Positions 26,983-36,352 of a DNA stretch of 64,000 bases are shown piece after piece (position 1 is the stretch's first letter; each line of letters starts with the position of its first letter). The stretch covers positions 34,832 through 98,831 of the forward strand of contig DAORIS010000002.1 of the NCBI GenBank assembly GCA_035438625.1, written 5' to 3'. The notes beneath the pieces were generated by a model. It searched no databases, was not told the origin of the DNA, and was given only the letters and a program-made list of their open reading frames with translations. The stretch is from Minisyncoccota bacterium. Lineage in GTDB: Bacteria > Patescibacteriota > Minisyncoccia > Phycocordibacterales > DAORIS01. The position numbers were made by a program, and so were the translations under genes.

Positions 26983-29900
26983 TTGTTTCTTCTGCTACTG
27001 ACTGATTTTCTGCCTCTCCTGAGTCATTGCTTTGTGGAGACCTATTTGAGTCTACTTGCACCTCTTCAGTTATTTCTGTTGATACTTCTATAGATTCAAG
27101 TATATCCTCTTTTTCAACGTGCGATCCACCCACAACCTGTTCTTCACTGATGGGATCAATTGGGAGTGGAATTGGAGTAGGTGCCGGACCTGGATCGTCT
27201 ATTGGTTTAGCCCCACACTCTAATTCAGTCGTTGTCATTTTTCCATTTTTAATCTTCACACAATATGGCTCTCCTGTTACTTCATCGTATAACGTAATAC
27301 CTGTTGGGTTTTCTTGAGAGCCCACAGTAAACGTCTCGACAACTAATTTCTTTAAGGAAGTGAGGGTGTTCGCCATAAAACTTTCATATGAAATCGTTTC
27401 TAGTTGCTCATTGATTGTCTTAACTTTCAGGTCTAATTCTTGGATAGAGTTAATAATAAATGGAGTGAGATTTCCATACGCAACTGATTTATATCCAGTT
27501 TTTGAATCAGTTGAGACAAGCTCTGGGAATATCTTTTCTACTTCTTGAGCAATCAATCCAAACCGCTTTGTATCATCAGACTGAGAATTCCATTGGAATG
27601 AAACCGGGCGAAGTGCTGTGATACGTTCAAGTGATGTTAGTGGATCAATTGAAGCCACGTCTTTCTTTAATCGTTCGTCGGAAGTACATGTCCACGTTGT
27701 TGATGTTGGGTTGATTTCACAATACCCGTTTGTATCTTCAAATCGAACGGGAGCATCATCACTTGAAACATATACATGAAGTTTCTTTGCAGGAGAGGTT
27801 GTACCGATTCCTAGGGAACCAGCTGCAGTTATATTTAAGAGAGTATTCGAGGAACTATCTTGAATTTGAAAAAGATCAGCACTTTGTGCCGCAACACCTC
27901 TGATTATAATACCAATTCTACTATTCGTACTTGGAACAAATGTAACATTCCCAACTCCATTTCGAATATTTCCTCGTAGATCTGCATCTGGGCTAACAAC
28001 AAATGAAGTACCACTAACAAGAAAACTATACGCAGACCCGGTATTGATGTTGGTATTAAAAAACAAAGTTCCACTACTTCTTATGTCGTTGGTAATCAAC
28101 CTAGTATTTGCAGTAACTATGTCACCACTAATATTACCTCCTACAGTAAGAAGCGAGCCTGGTGTCGTAGTGCCAATTCCAACGTTCCCACTAACAATCA
28201 GTCCATTACTTGGCGCAGCGGTTACACCACCATATGTACCAATAGACACCCCTCCAACAACATCCAATGCTGACTTAGGAAAACCGGTCTTGAGACCGAG
28301 ACGAATGTCCATTCGATCGTTGTCGTTTACCCATAACACTGACCCAGTACTCGTCGATGAAGCACCGTATGGAAACATATGAATATACTGACCACTTGCA
28401 ATCGTTGTACCATTTCCATATCCTGTACCCAAAATACGGTTTGCGGTTCCATTTACAGCAACCTGAAGCCCGTATCCAGTATCAATTGCAATATCTCCTT
28501 GTAACACATTGAATCGAGAAGGATAAGTACCTCTGCTGGTAGTTCCAACTGCAACACGCACATCTCCCGCCACAGTATCGCTACCTGAGATTGTAATACC
28601 TCTACTAGTTGCACTTGTTCCACCCGGAACGACCAATGTTGCATACCAACCGTATGGAATAATTGTTCCGTCACCATATCCTGCCGTAAGATTCGTGCCT
28701 GTCACGGTACCCCCGAATGATCCGCTACTTGAAACCGTTAATGCTCCAGTTTGTGAAACGGTAAGTAAAGAGGTGCCTGTTGATGACGCAACCACTAACG
28801 GATTAGAGCCCGCTGATCCAACAATTGACAGCTTGGCGATTGGCGAAGTAGAACCAATACCGACGTTTCCTACAGAAGTTATTCTTAATTTTTCTCCTAT
28901 GGTATTTGAACCCCTTGTAGAAAAGGCCAGGTAAGAATCATTAGTTGATGCAGCTTCCCAAGCACCAGTCACCAGTCCAGTAGTAAAATTACTTCCTGCT
29001 GACCAACCGTAAAAACCAAGTGATGATCCTACGTTTGCTGCCGCTACCGCATTATTAGTTATTCCTAGTGCAGGTGCAATACCTGAGGAAGTTGTAGCTA
29101 TTGTTAAAGTAAATTGTGGAGAAGTTGTTCCAATCCCGACATTACCACTACTTCCTTGGAATCTCAGATACGGTGTACCACCCACTGTTGTTACAAAATC
29201 AACATTTCCACCTGTTGATCCATTACGTCCAGTAAAAAATTCAATATTTCCTGAATTGGTTGTTACATCCTGAGAAAATTTAATGTGAGCATTGTAGTAA
29301 GAGTTTTGAGCATAAAATTTTATAAACGATGAACTGTTATATGTAGGCTGTCCAAATCGGATATTTCCATTGTAAATATCAAATTTTTCCGCTGGAGTCG
29401 TTGTGCCAATTCCAATACTTCCGGACGCATTAATTACCGTAAGTGCCGTGCCAGCAGAATTTTGCCATTCTTGTAAAGTAGAACTTTGATTTGAAGCACC
29501 ACGAATAATTAATCCTTTAGTTGTGCTTGCTGTTGCTGTTACATGAAGTTGTGCCAATGGACTTGAGTTACCGATACCAACTAATCCTGAACGATCAATT
29601 ATTAACCGAGTAGTTGGGTTATATGTTGAGCCTGGCGTTAGTTCAGAATCAGTTCGTAGCTGTACATATCCATTATTAAAAAATAAATCTGATGCATATG
29701 TTGCTCGAGCAACAAATCCTGAAGAGTTATACTCTCCACCTTGCATTACAAGACCAATAGAATCACCTCCTGCACCAAGAAACATTCCCCCTCCCAAAGT
29801 GTTCGAACCATTGAAAAAACGAACACTGGTATAGCCTCCACCATCCACAGTAAGTGTATGTGTTGGTGTGTTAGTCCCCACCCCAACATTTCCACTCGCC

Positions 29901-30586
29901 CTCCAGACATCAGTTCCATTCGATGCCCAGTTTCCAACGGCAGCACCAGCTAGGAGGTTTCCTGCCCAGTACAAATTACCCCCATCGTTATAGAGAGAGT
30001 TTGAGGTATCAGAAGGGGGAGTAATTTCCGCAAGGACAACATACTGTGCCAAAGAGAGTAGCCCTGCAATTGATGAAGTAGCGGTGTCCGTAACTGAAAG
30101 CGCACGAGAGAAGTCAATGGCACCTATGTCATCTTGAAGGTCTGAGATGTCCCCATTGACATCACTGAACCGATCAGCCATATCTTCACGAAATGAATCG
30201 ATGCGCTTGTTCACACGATCAAGAGAGACATTCGGTTGAGCTCGGAGGAGTTCTCTCATACGAACATCGATTTGAGCAATCACTTCTTCACGGGTGATCC
30301 CTGGTACTGTCACTTCACGGATGGTTTGGACAGTGTGGGTATCATAGACATATTCTGTTGATCCCTGAGGATACACAATGATAGGGGCAGTTTGTGGAGT
30401 TGCAACGTATGCAAAAGACGACGGCCCTTTCATTTCACATGAACCGAGGGTGGTGCAGTATATTCCACCAATATAATTTCCAAATGAAAATGCACGTAAT
30501 TTTTCAACCGGAACCGCAGAAAGGAAGATAGTTGATACAGCTATTAATCCAAAGAAAAAAGCCGTAATTCGGAAGTACGATTTCAC
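26975..30586 (-). CDS. Giant (1203 aa) secreted tail-fibre-like surface protein with a C-terminal intramolecular-chaperone autoproteolytic domain (Peptidase_S74-like)
   Basis: Signal peptide. Seven dispersed G-N-V-G-I-G-T-x-x-P repeats (GNVGVGTNTP, GLVGIGNSSP, GSIGIGTTTP, GNVGIGTTSP, GNVGIGSTSP, GNVGIGTTTP, GSLGIGTTSP). A C-terminal SDERLKKDV...GLIAQEVEKIFPELV...YGNLTPFIINSIQEL block matches the self-cleaving chaperone of phage tail spikes and fibres. Confidence 0.6.
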   Translation of the reverse strand: MKSYFRITAFFFGLIAVSTIFLSAVPVEKLRAFSFGNYIGGIYCTTLGSCEMKGPSSFAYVATPQTAPIIVYPQGSTEYVYDTHTVQTIREVTVPGITREEVIAQIDVRMRELLRAQPNVSLDRVNKRIDSFREDMADRFSDVNGDISDLQDDIGAIDFSRALSVTDTATSSIAGLLSLAQYVVLAEITPPSDTSNSLYNDGGNLYWAGNLLAGAAVGNWASNGTDVWRASGNVGVGTNTPTHTLTVDGGGYTSVRFFNGSNTLGGGMFLGAGGDSIGLVMQGGEYNSSGFVARATYASDLFFNNGYVQLRTDSELTPGSTYNPTTRLIIDRSGLVGIGNSSPLAQLHVTATASTTKGLIIRGASNQSSTLQEWQNSAGTALTVINASGSIGIGTTTPAEKFDIYNGNIRFGQPTYNSSSFIKFYAQNSYYNAHIKFSQDVTTNSGNIEFFTGRNGSTGGNVDFVTTVGGTPYLRFQGSSGNVGIGTTSPQFTLTIATTSSGIAPALGITNNAVAAANVGSSLGFYGWSAGSNFTTGLVTGAWEAASTNDSYLAFSTRGSNTIGEKLRITSVGNVGIGSTSPIAKLSIVGSAGSNPLVVASSTGTSLLTVSQTGALTVSSSGSFGGTVTGTNLTAGYGDGTIIPYGWYATLVVPGGTSATSRGITISGSDTVAGDVRVAVGTTSRGTYPSRFNVLQGDIAIDTGYGLQVAVNGTANRILGTGYGNGTTIASGQYIHMFPYGASSTSTGSVLWVNDNDRMDIRLGLKTGFPKSALDVVGGVSIGTYGGVTAAPSNGLIVSGNVGIGTTTPGSLLTVGGNISGDIVTANTRLITNDIRSSGTLFFNTNINTGSAYSFLVSGTSFVVSPDADLRGNIRNGVGNVTFVPSTNSRIGIIIRGVAAQSADLFQIQDSSSNTLLNITAAGSLGIGTTSPAKKLHVYVSSDDAPVRFEDTNGYCEINPTSTTWTCTSDERLKKDVASIDPLTSLERITALRPVSFQWNSQSDDTKRFGLIAQEVEKIFPELVSTDSKTGYKSVAYGNLTPFIINSIQELDLKVKTINEQLETISYESFMANTLTSLKKLVVETFTVGSQENPTGITLYDEVTGEPYCVKIKNGKMTTTELECGAKPIDDPGPAPTPIPLPIDPISEEQVVGGSHVEKEDILESIEVSTEITEEVQVDSNRSPQSNDSGEAENQSVAEETNE

Positions 30587-30630
30587 GGGTTAATTTTACC
30601 AGCAAAAACCTTTATTTTTCTTCCAATTTA

Positions 30631-32025
30631 TTAAGATTTGGGGATATCTGACGGCACATCAAAAATAGATTTTTCCTGTATTTGTCCAGCCAACACAGAC
30701 GCTATTTTTCTTCCACCATGAAGTGACGGTAAAATACCCACTCCGTTACAACCTAAGTTATACATCAATGGTTGATGCTTTGGGTCTGGTCCAATTAGCC
30801 TCATGCGTGATCTTGTGTACCCCATAAGACCGTGCCACGTAAATCCATATGACACCTTTTCTCCTTTTTTTAGAGTTTTTTCAACAAACTTTTGTATTCC
30901 TTCTGCTGCAATTTCCGGATATTCGTCGTTTGTTGAATACCCCTCATGATCAGCCAGTTCTCCCTCTGGTCCTCCAATGCAAATAAGACTCTGACTATCT
31001 GTTACAGGTGCTTCATCGGCATATTCAAATTGCCTGCGTGTCATGTAGAAATACGGATCATCATTCGTGTGGGCAGGATCAATGAAATAACTAATTGCCG
31101 TTGGTGGCTTTGAAGTATTTTCAACATATCCTGACATGTACCCAACTGTACCCTTTACCAAGTGGTGGAATTTCGCATTGGATTCCAGTCCGTCTTCCCC
31201 AATAATGGTTAAATGTTTGAAACCATTGGTGCACAACACAACTTTTTTTGCACACACTTCATATGTACCAACATCGAGCACTGCATTGTCTTTTCTAAGT
31301 AAAATTTTACCCACCCGACTGTGTTCAAAAATGCGAAATCGATCTTTGTATGCACGAAGCATATATGACGCAGCTTCATAACAAAACAGTGCGCTGTTCA
31401 TGCACCCTTTTTGAAATGACATGCTCGCAATATACGAATCGTCTTCTGTCTCAAGCATCTGAAGAATCTTTTCTTGAGGGATTCGTTCGTACAATCCTTC
31501 ATATTGATCAAGTGGCACACCAACATCGACATGATCAGCAATTCTAATAAATTCGGTTGCAGTACCACCTTCCTTTCTGACTATATTTTCTTTCAAGAAA
31601 TGTAATATTTGAGAAGTACTCGAAAGGCCACTATGTCCAATGAACCGTGCAAATGGAATGGTTAATTGTGCATCAGTATATATCTCATCAAGTAATAACC
31701 ACGCAGTATCAATTGCCTTTTGTGCCGCGACTGTCTGCTCTAGTCCATATTCTTCCTTGAGGCTTTGGAGTGACCGTTCGAAATAGCTCGTAATTTGCCC
31801 AGCGTTGTGTCCGGTAGCTCCGTGTGCGATCTTATATCCTTCTAAGAGTACTACTGACTTATTGGTGTATTTGAGTGTAAAAAAGGCAGTAGCGATTCCA
31901 GCAATACCCCCACCGATAATCGCAACATCAGTTTCGATGTCCTTGCCTTCAACCTGACTAGTTAAGTTATAGCCTTGTTTATTGACTTGATAGATCCACG
32001 GAGAGTTATTTTTAAACTCACTCAT
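30631..32025 (-). CDS. FAD-dependent oxidoreductase (DAO family)
   Basis: DVAIIGGGIAGIATAF dinucleotide-binding motif at the N-terminus, about 460 aa. Confidence 0.6.
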   Translation of the reverse strand: MSEFKNNSPWIYQVNKQGYNLTSQVEGKDIETDVAIIGGGIAGIATAFFTLKYTNKSVVLLEGYKIAHGATGHNAGQITSYFERSLQSLKEEYGLEQTVAAQKAIDTAWLLLDEIYTDAQLTIPFARFIGHSGLSSTSQILHFLKENIVRKEGGTATEFIRIADHVDVGVPLDQYEGLYERIPQEKILQMLETEDDSYIASMSFQKGCMNSALFCYEAASYMLRAYKDRFRIFEHSRVGKILLRKDNAVLDVGTYEVCAKKVVLCTNGFKHLTIIGEDGLESNAKFHHLVKGTVGYMSGYVENTSKPPTAISYFIDPAHTNDDPYFYMTRRQFEYADEAPVTDSQSLICIGGPEGELADHEGYSTNDEYPEIAAEGIQKFVEKTLKKGEKVSYGFTWHGLMGYTRSRMRLIGPDPKHQPLMYNLGCNGVGILPSLHGGRKIASVLAGQIQEKSIFDVPSDIPKS

Positions 32026-32027
32026 GA

Positions 32028-33461
32028 CTATGAAAGCTTAGCGGTAAATATTTCTTTGAGCATGACTGGGTTTGCAGAACCCTTTGATGCTTTCATACCT
32101 TGTCCAATGAGGAATTGTAGTGACGCAACTTTTCCAGCTTTAAATTCAGCAACAGGTCCAGGGTGAAGTGAAATAATTTCTTCAACAATTTTCTCAATTG
32201 CTCCACTATCATTTTTCTGTATCAAACTATGTGCCTCAGCAATAGCACGAGCACTACCTGCATTTTCTTCTTTTACAATATGTGCAATGACATCTTTTGC
32301 ACCGCGCGATGAGAGCTCGCCACCAGTAAACATACCAACTACCTCTGCAATGTGTGCAGGCGTTACACGAAGTAGTACCGCTTCAGCACCACCATCCTCA
32401 TTCTTTGCAATACCAGCAATATCAGAAACTATAAAGTTTGAAAGTGTCTGTATTGCACTCTTTTCTTTTGAAACGAGTGCAACCACCGCCTCTTCAAAAT
32501 ACGTGTCCCACACTGGATGACCATACACATAAAATTCTACATCCTGTTCTTTGAGGCCAAATTCTTGTGCATATCGAATTCGCTTCTGTGCAGGAGTTTC
32601 TCGGATTTCCTTTTCTAATACTTCACGAGTAAACTCTGGAATTTGAGAAAGGTATAATTTAGGCAAATCAGGGTCTGGGAAATATCGATAATCGTGAGAG
32701 TCTTCTTTCTTTCTCTGTGAAAAAGTTGTACCAGTACTTTCATCGAATCCTCGCGTTTCTTGTGTGACTGTTTCTCCTTTTTCGAGAAGTGCGATGTGTC
32801 GTGCAACTTCATATTCAATTGCCCGCTCTGCTGACTTAAATGAATTTAGGTTCTTAACCTCAACTTTTGTTCCAAATGTTTCTGTCTTACTCACTGAAAT
32901 GTTTGCCTCAACACGCATTTCTCCTTTTTCCATGTTTGCTTCAGCAACACCTAGATACTGTAAAAGAATTTGTAGCTCACGTGCAAAACGAGACGCTTCA
33001 GCGGCACTACTAATTACCGGCTCAGTCACAAGCTCCATAAGAGGAACTCCTGCGCGGTTAAAATCAACAAGACTTCCACCTTCTGATTCATGACTTGATC
33101 GAGCTGTGTCTTCCTCAAGATGAATACGAGTGAGTTTCACTCCAGCAAGTTCACCACCTGAAACAAGTGGATACTTGTACTGACTCAACTGATATCCCTT
33201 TGGAATATCTGGGTAGAAATAGTTCTTTCGGTCAAATTCTGTAAAGTCTGGCAGTGTTCCACCAACTGCAATACCAACCTTTAATACATTCTTAACTGCC
33301 TGGGCATTGATTGTTGGAAGTGTTCCAGGGTGTCCCATACAAACTGGACAAATATTCTGATTCGGACGACGTTCGTCTGGATCGTTCTTACACGAACAAA
33401 ACATTTTTGTAAGCGTTGCTAGTTCAGCGTGTATTTCAAGTCCGATAGTAGTTCGATACAT
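32028..33461 (-). CDS. gatB: Asp-tRNA(Asn)/Glu-tRNA(Gln) amidotransferase subunit B
   Basis: N-terminal IGLEIHAEL...KMFCSC and the overall GatB architecture. Confidence 0.9.
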   Translation of the reverse strand: MYRTTIGLEIHAELATLTKMFCSCKNDPDERRPNQNICPVCMGHPGTLPTINAQAVKNVLKVGIAVGGTLPDFTEFDRKNYFYPDIPKGYQLSQYKYPLVSGGELAGVKLTRIHLEEDTARSSHESEGGSLVDFNRAGVPLMELVTEPVISSAAEASRFARELQILLQYLGVAEANMEKGEMRVEANISVSKTETFGTKVEVKNLNSFKSAERAIEYEVARHIALLEKGETVTQETRGFDESTGTTFSQRKKEDSHDYRYFPDPDLPKLYLSQIPEFTREVLEKEIRETPAQKRIRYAQEFGLKEQDVEFYVYGHPVWDTYFEEAVVALVSKEKSAIQTLSNFIVSDIAGIAKNEDGGAEAVLLRVTPAHIAEVVGMFTGGELSSRGAKDVIAHIVKEENAGSARAIAEAHSLIQKNDSGAIEKIVEEIISLHPGPVAEFKAGKVASLQFLIGQGMKASKGSANPVMLKEIFTAKLS

Positions 33462-33470
33462 GAGAGTATT

Positions 33471-34478
33471 TTACCCAGCCCGTAATATTTTAACCAGCGT
33501 ATCTTTTGCTTCTTTCATTTTCTCATCATCGAGAATTGTAACCGCCATGCATGCGCGGATACGATCGGCAGCTGTTTTTCCTGCAGCTTTACGAACCTGT
33601 TTCTCCGCATCCTTGATACGCTTTGCAAGTACTTTCGGGTCTTCAATAATATCTGACTTGGTAAACAAAATAACTTCAGGCTTTTCTGCGAGTGCGTGGT
33701 CATAGAGCTCGAGTTCTCCACGAATAGTTTTATACGCCCCTTCCATGTCTTCATTTTCAAGAGAAATACAGTGAAAGAGCATTTTTGTCCTTCTGATGTG
33801 TCGTAGGAATTTATGTCCCAATCCTTTTCCTTCTGAAGCACCTTCAATCAATCCCGGAATGTCAGCGACAATAAATCCTTCCATGTCACCGAGGTTTGGT
33901 TCAAGTGTCGTGAATTGGTATGCGGCAACTTTTGCGCGAGCACGAGTCAGTGCATTGATGAGACTAGACTTACCAGCGTTTGGAAATCCAACGAGACCCG
34001 CGTCAGCGATAAGTTCAAGTTCAATAGAAAATATTCCTGACTCACCGTCTTTTCCAGGAGTCCATTCAATAGGTTTTGTATTTGTTGAGGCTTTGAAGTG
34101 TTCGTTACCATATCCGCCATTTCCACCTTTCAAGACTTCAATCTCTTGTCCTTCAACATCGAGACGATATTCCTTGCCGGTTTCTTTGTTCACAATAATG
34201 GATCCAATTGGCAACTCAAGTACAAGGTCTTTTCCACTTTTCCCGTGCATGCTGTTCTTCATTCCAGCTTCACCAGGATCAGCTGCGAACTTGTTGTTGT
34301 TTCTGTAGCGCATCAAAAGAGCCACATCTCGAATTGCTCGAAGATGTACATCGCCGCCGCGTCCACCATCACCACCAGAAGGACCTGAATACTCCTTTCC
34401 CTTCTCATGCCTCCAGCGAACTACACCATTTCCACCCTTTCCAGCTGACAGTTCCAGCTCAATTTCATCAATAAATGC
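33471..34478 (-). CDS. obg: GTPase Obg
   Basis: Obg fold with glycine-rich GKGGNGVVRWRHEKG...GGDGGRGGDV repeats, then a G domain (GFPNAGKSSL, DIPGLIEGA). Start set at MAFIDEI. Confidence 0.9.
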   Translation of the reverse strand, partial: AFIDEIELELSAGKGGNGVVRWRHEKGKEYSGPSGGDGGRGGDVHLRAIRDVALLMRYRNNNKFAADPGEAGMKNSMHGKSGKDLVLELPIGSIIVNKETGKEYRLDVEGQEIEVLKGGNGGYGNEHFKASTNTKPIEWTPGKDGESGIFSIELELIADAGLVGFPNAGKSSLINALTRARAKVAAYQFTTLEPNLGDMEGFIVADIPGLIEGASEGKGLGHKFLRHIRRTKMLFHCISLENEDMEGAYKTIRGELELYDHALAEKPEVILFTKSDIIEDPKVLAKRIKDAEKQVRKAAGKTAADRIRACMAVTILDDEKMKEAKDTLVKILRAG

Positions 34479-34563
34479 CATATCCCTGAGTATCCCAAGA
34501 AAATGCCTTAAATACAAGGTTTTTGAGGTATTTTTACGTCATTGTTTATATAAATCGTAAATA

Positions 34564-34592
34564 TTGACAATACTAGTCATATATGCTATAAT
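34564..34592 (+). promoter_or_regulatory. Perfect consensus sigma-70 promoter (TTGACA-17 nt-TATAAT)
   Basis: Exact match to both hexamers with optimal spacing. GGAG lies 7 nt before the ATG at 34687. Confidence 0.7.
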
Positions 34593-34686
34593 ATACATAA
34601 TCCTACGTAAAGGCATAAGTTTGCCTATACAGGTACGGGATACGGAGTTGGTACGCATGATGTGTATCAAACAAATGGAGTTCGTT

Positions 34687-35340
34687 ATGATCCGTCGTTC
34701 TTTGTCACTGTTTGCAGTTACCTTCGCTTTGATCGTTTGCGTAAGTCAGGTGGCTTCTGCGGCATTTGTGAATCAGTCGTACCATCTGCCCAGCATCGGC
34801 CACATCTACACATGGGGTGAAAACCATTCAACCAGTGAAACCACCCTCAGTCTCGACCTTCAATCTCCGGAATACGAGGTGCGAAGTACGGGATCAAGTG
34901 TGCAGTTTACCAATGATGGACAAGGGTACGTATTCCTGTCAATCGGCGCAATCAAGCGCGATTCGGGAGTTCGTAACCTCTCCAACATGAACTCGAACAG
35001 CAATGTTGTCTTTGATGACGTGGTGCTTTACAGCTACGCATCAACCGGCCACTACCTCGACGAGCACACCGGCGCCAAGATGAGCACCGGAAACGCATTC
35101 ATTGAAATGTCGCCGTTCATTGCCACCTGGTCTGATTTTCAGCTCAGTTCGCACTACGATGACGTTGACGCTGCACGCTATCTCTGGCTCAGTCTCTCGG
35201 CCCGTATCGAGTACATCGGTACGAACCCAGACACCATCGCAATGCTCGACGGTTTCAGCACCATGAGCATGGTGCCCGAACCGAGCTCGCTCGGCCTTCT
35301 CGGCGGCATGGTGATTTCCACCTTACGTCGTAAGCGCTGA
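34687..35340 (+). CDS. PEP-CTERM sorting-domain surface protein
   Basis: Signal peptide (MIRRSLSLFAVTFALIVCVSQVASA). C-terminal VPEP, a hydrophobic helix (SSLGLLGGMVIS) and RRKR. The gene is clearly more GC-rich than the surrounding DNA. Confidence 0.6.
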   Translation: MIRRSLSLFAVTFALIVCVSQVASAAFVNQSYHLPSIGHIYTWGENHSTSETTLSLDLQSPEYEVRSTGSSVQFTNDGQGYVFLSIGAIKRDSGVRNLSNMNSNSNVVFDDVVLYSYASTGHYLDEHTGAKMSTGNAFIEMSPFIATWSDFQLSSHYDDVDAARYLWLSLSARIEYIGTNPDTIAMLDGFSTMSMVPEPSSLGLLGGMVISTLRRKR

Positions 35341-35355
35341 AAACTACAAACAGTG

Positions 35356-35386
35356 AAAACCCACCTAAGACGTGGGTTTTCTTTTT
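35356..35386 (+). terminator. Rho-independent terminator after the PEP-CTERM gene
   Basis: AAAACCCAC-ctaagac-GTGGGTTTT followed by CTTTTT. Confidence 0.75.
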
Positions 35387-35395
35387 GCCAAAAAA

Positions 35396-36352
35396 TTACT
35401 CTAATGGTTTAGCAGGTGCGTCAGCTGCAATCTCTGCAAGTTTAATACACGTCTCTTTGTCTTTTGCGGTTATAAGAAATCGTTTGTTGTGGCAGAATAT
35501 TGATCCTGGAACACCAGTAGCTGCTTCAAGTACACCATCTCTCTTTCCTCCCCATGATTTTGGAAGCCACTTTCTATTTTCAAATGAAGCTAGCTTTGCT
35601 GGCACGCACTCAACTTTCCATGTTGTACTTTGAGTGTTTGGTCTAACAACATATAGCGGCTCTGGAAATTGAATGAGTGCTTCTGCGTATGGATAATTGC
35701 TATCAATGACAATAATTCGTTTGTCAGGTGCAGCATGGTACGCCTCAAGTACTTTATCTCTTGCTTCAAGACCCGCTTTTGCATGAGCAATTTCACGCAC
35801 AAGAATGATCTCTGCAAATTCACTGACTTTTAAGAAGTTTTGATCTGCGAGTTCATCTCCTTCTTTCCATGTTGGATTCATCGCAATAACAACATTGAAA
35901 AATAAATACGGATGAAGTCCAGGTCGTGTAGCTTCATGGAGTGAAAGTCCATTATCCATTGCGTCTATTGCCTGAACTAACCGAGAGTCCACTCGATCTG
36001 CTACTTCTTGAGACCCGCAAATACCAGCACCGAATTTTTTCCAGACTAATCCAAACGATGCATATGGAACACCATTTGCTCTCTCTCCTGCTCCACCAAA
36101 TTGATGGTGATCAAAACGAAGTGTTTCATCGTCATGAATGTCCCCCACATCAAATACGAGATCAGCTTGTGCAATCTGATCAGGATCACGAGTGCGTATG
36201 AATTTAATTCCCGGACTTACCAGCCTTATTACCGCTGATGCAAACACATCATCTGCATGGAACCGTGCGTTGTGTGTAACTGCGACTTGGATTTGTGTAG
36301 TTGATCCTGCTCCGCGAAGGTCTTTATTGTCGAGGGGTTGATGTAGGGACAT
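35396..36352 (-). CDS. MYG1/UPF0160-family metal-dependent hydrolase
   Basis: VAVTHNARFHADDVFA N-terminal motif and DHHQ box typical of MYG1/GAMM1 proteins. Confidence 0.65.
   Translation of the reverse strand: MSLHQPLDNKDLRGAGSTTQIQVAVTHNARFHADDVFASAVIRLVSPGIKFIRTRDPDQIAQADLVFDVGDIHDDETLRFDHHQFGGAGERANGVPYASFGLVWKKFGAGICGSQEVADRVDSRLVQAIDAMDNGLSLHEATRPGLHPYLFFNVVIAMNPTWKEGDELADQNFLKVSEFAEIILVREIAHAKAGLEARDKVLEAYHAAPDKRIIVIDSNYPYAEALIQFPEPLYVVRPNTQSTTWKVECVPAKLASFENRKWLPKSWGGKRDGVLEAATGVPGSIFCHNKRFLITAKDKETCIKLAEIAADAPAKPLE

Noticed and set aside
34564-34686. N-terminal 41 codons of the track ORF 34564..35340
   Set aside because: That stretch begins exactly at the -35 hexamer of a consensus promoter. 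The real start is the ATG at 34687, preceded by GGAG, and it gives a proper signal peptide.
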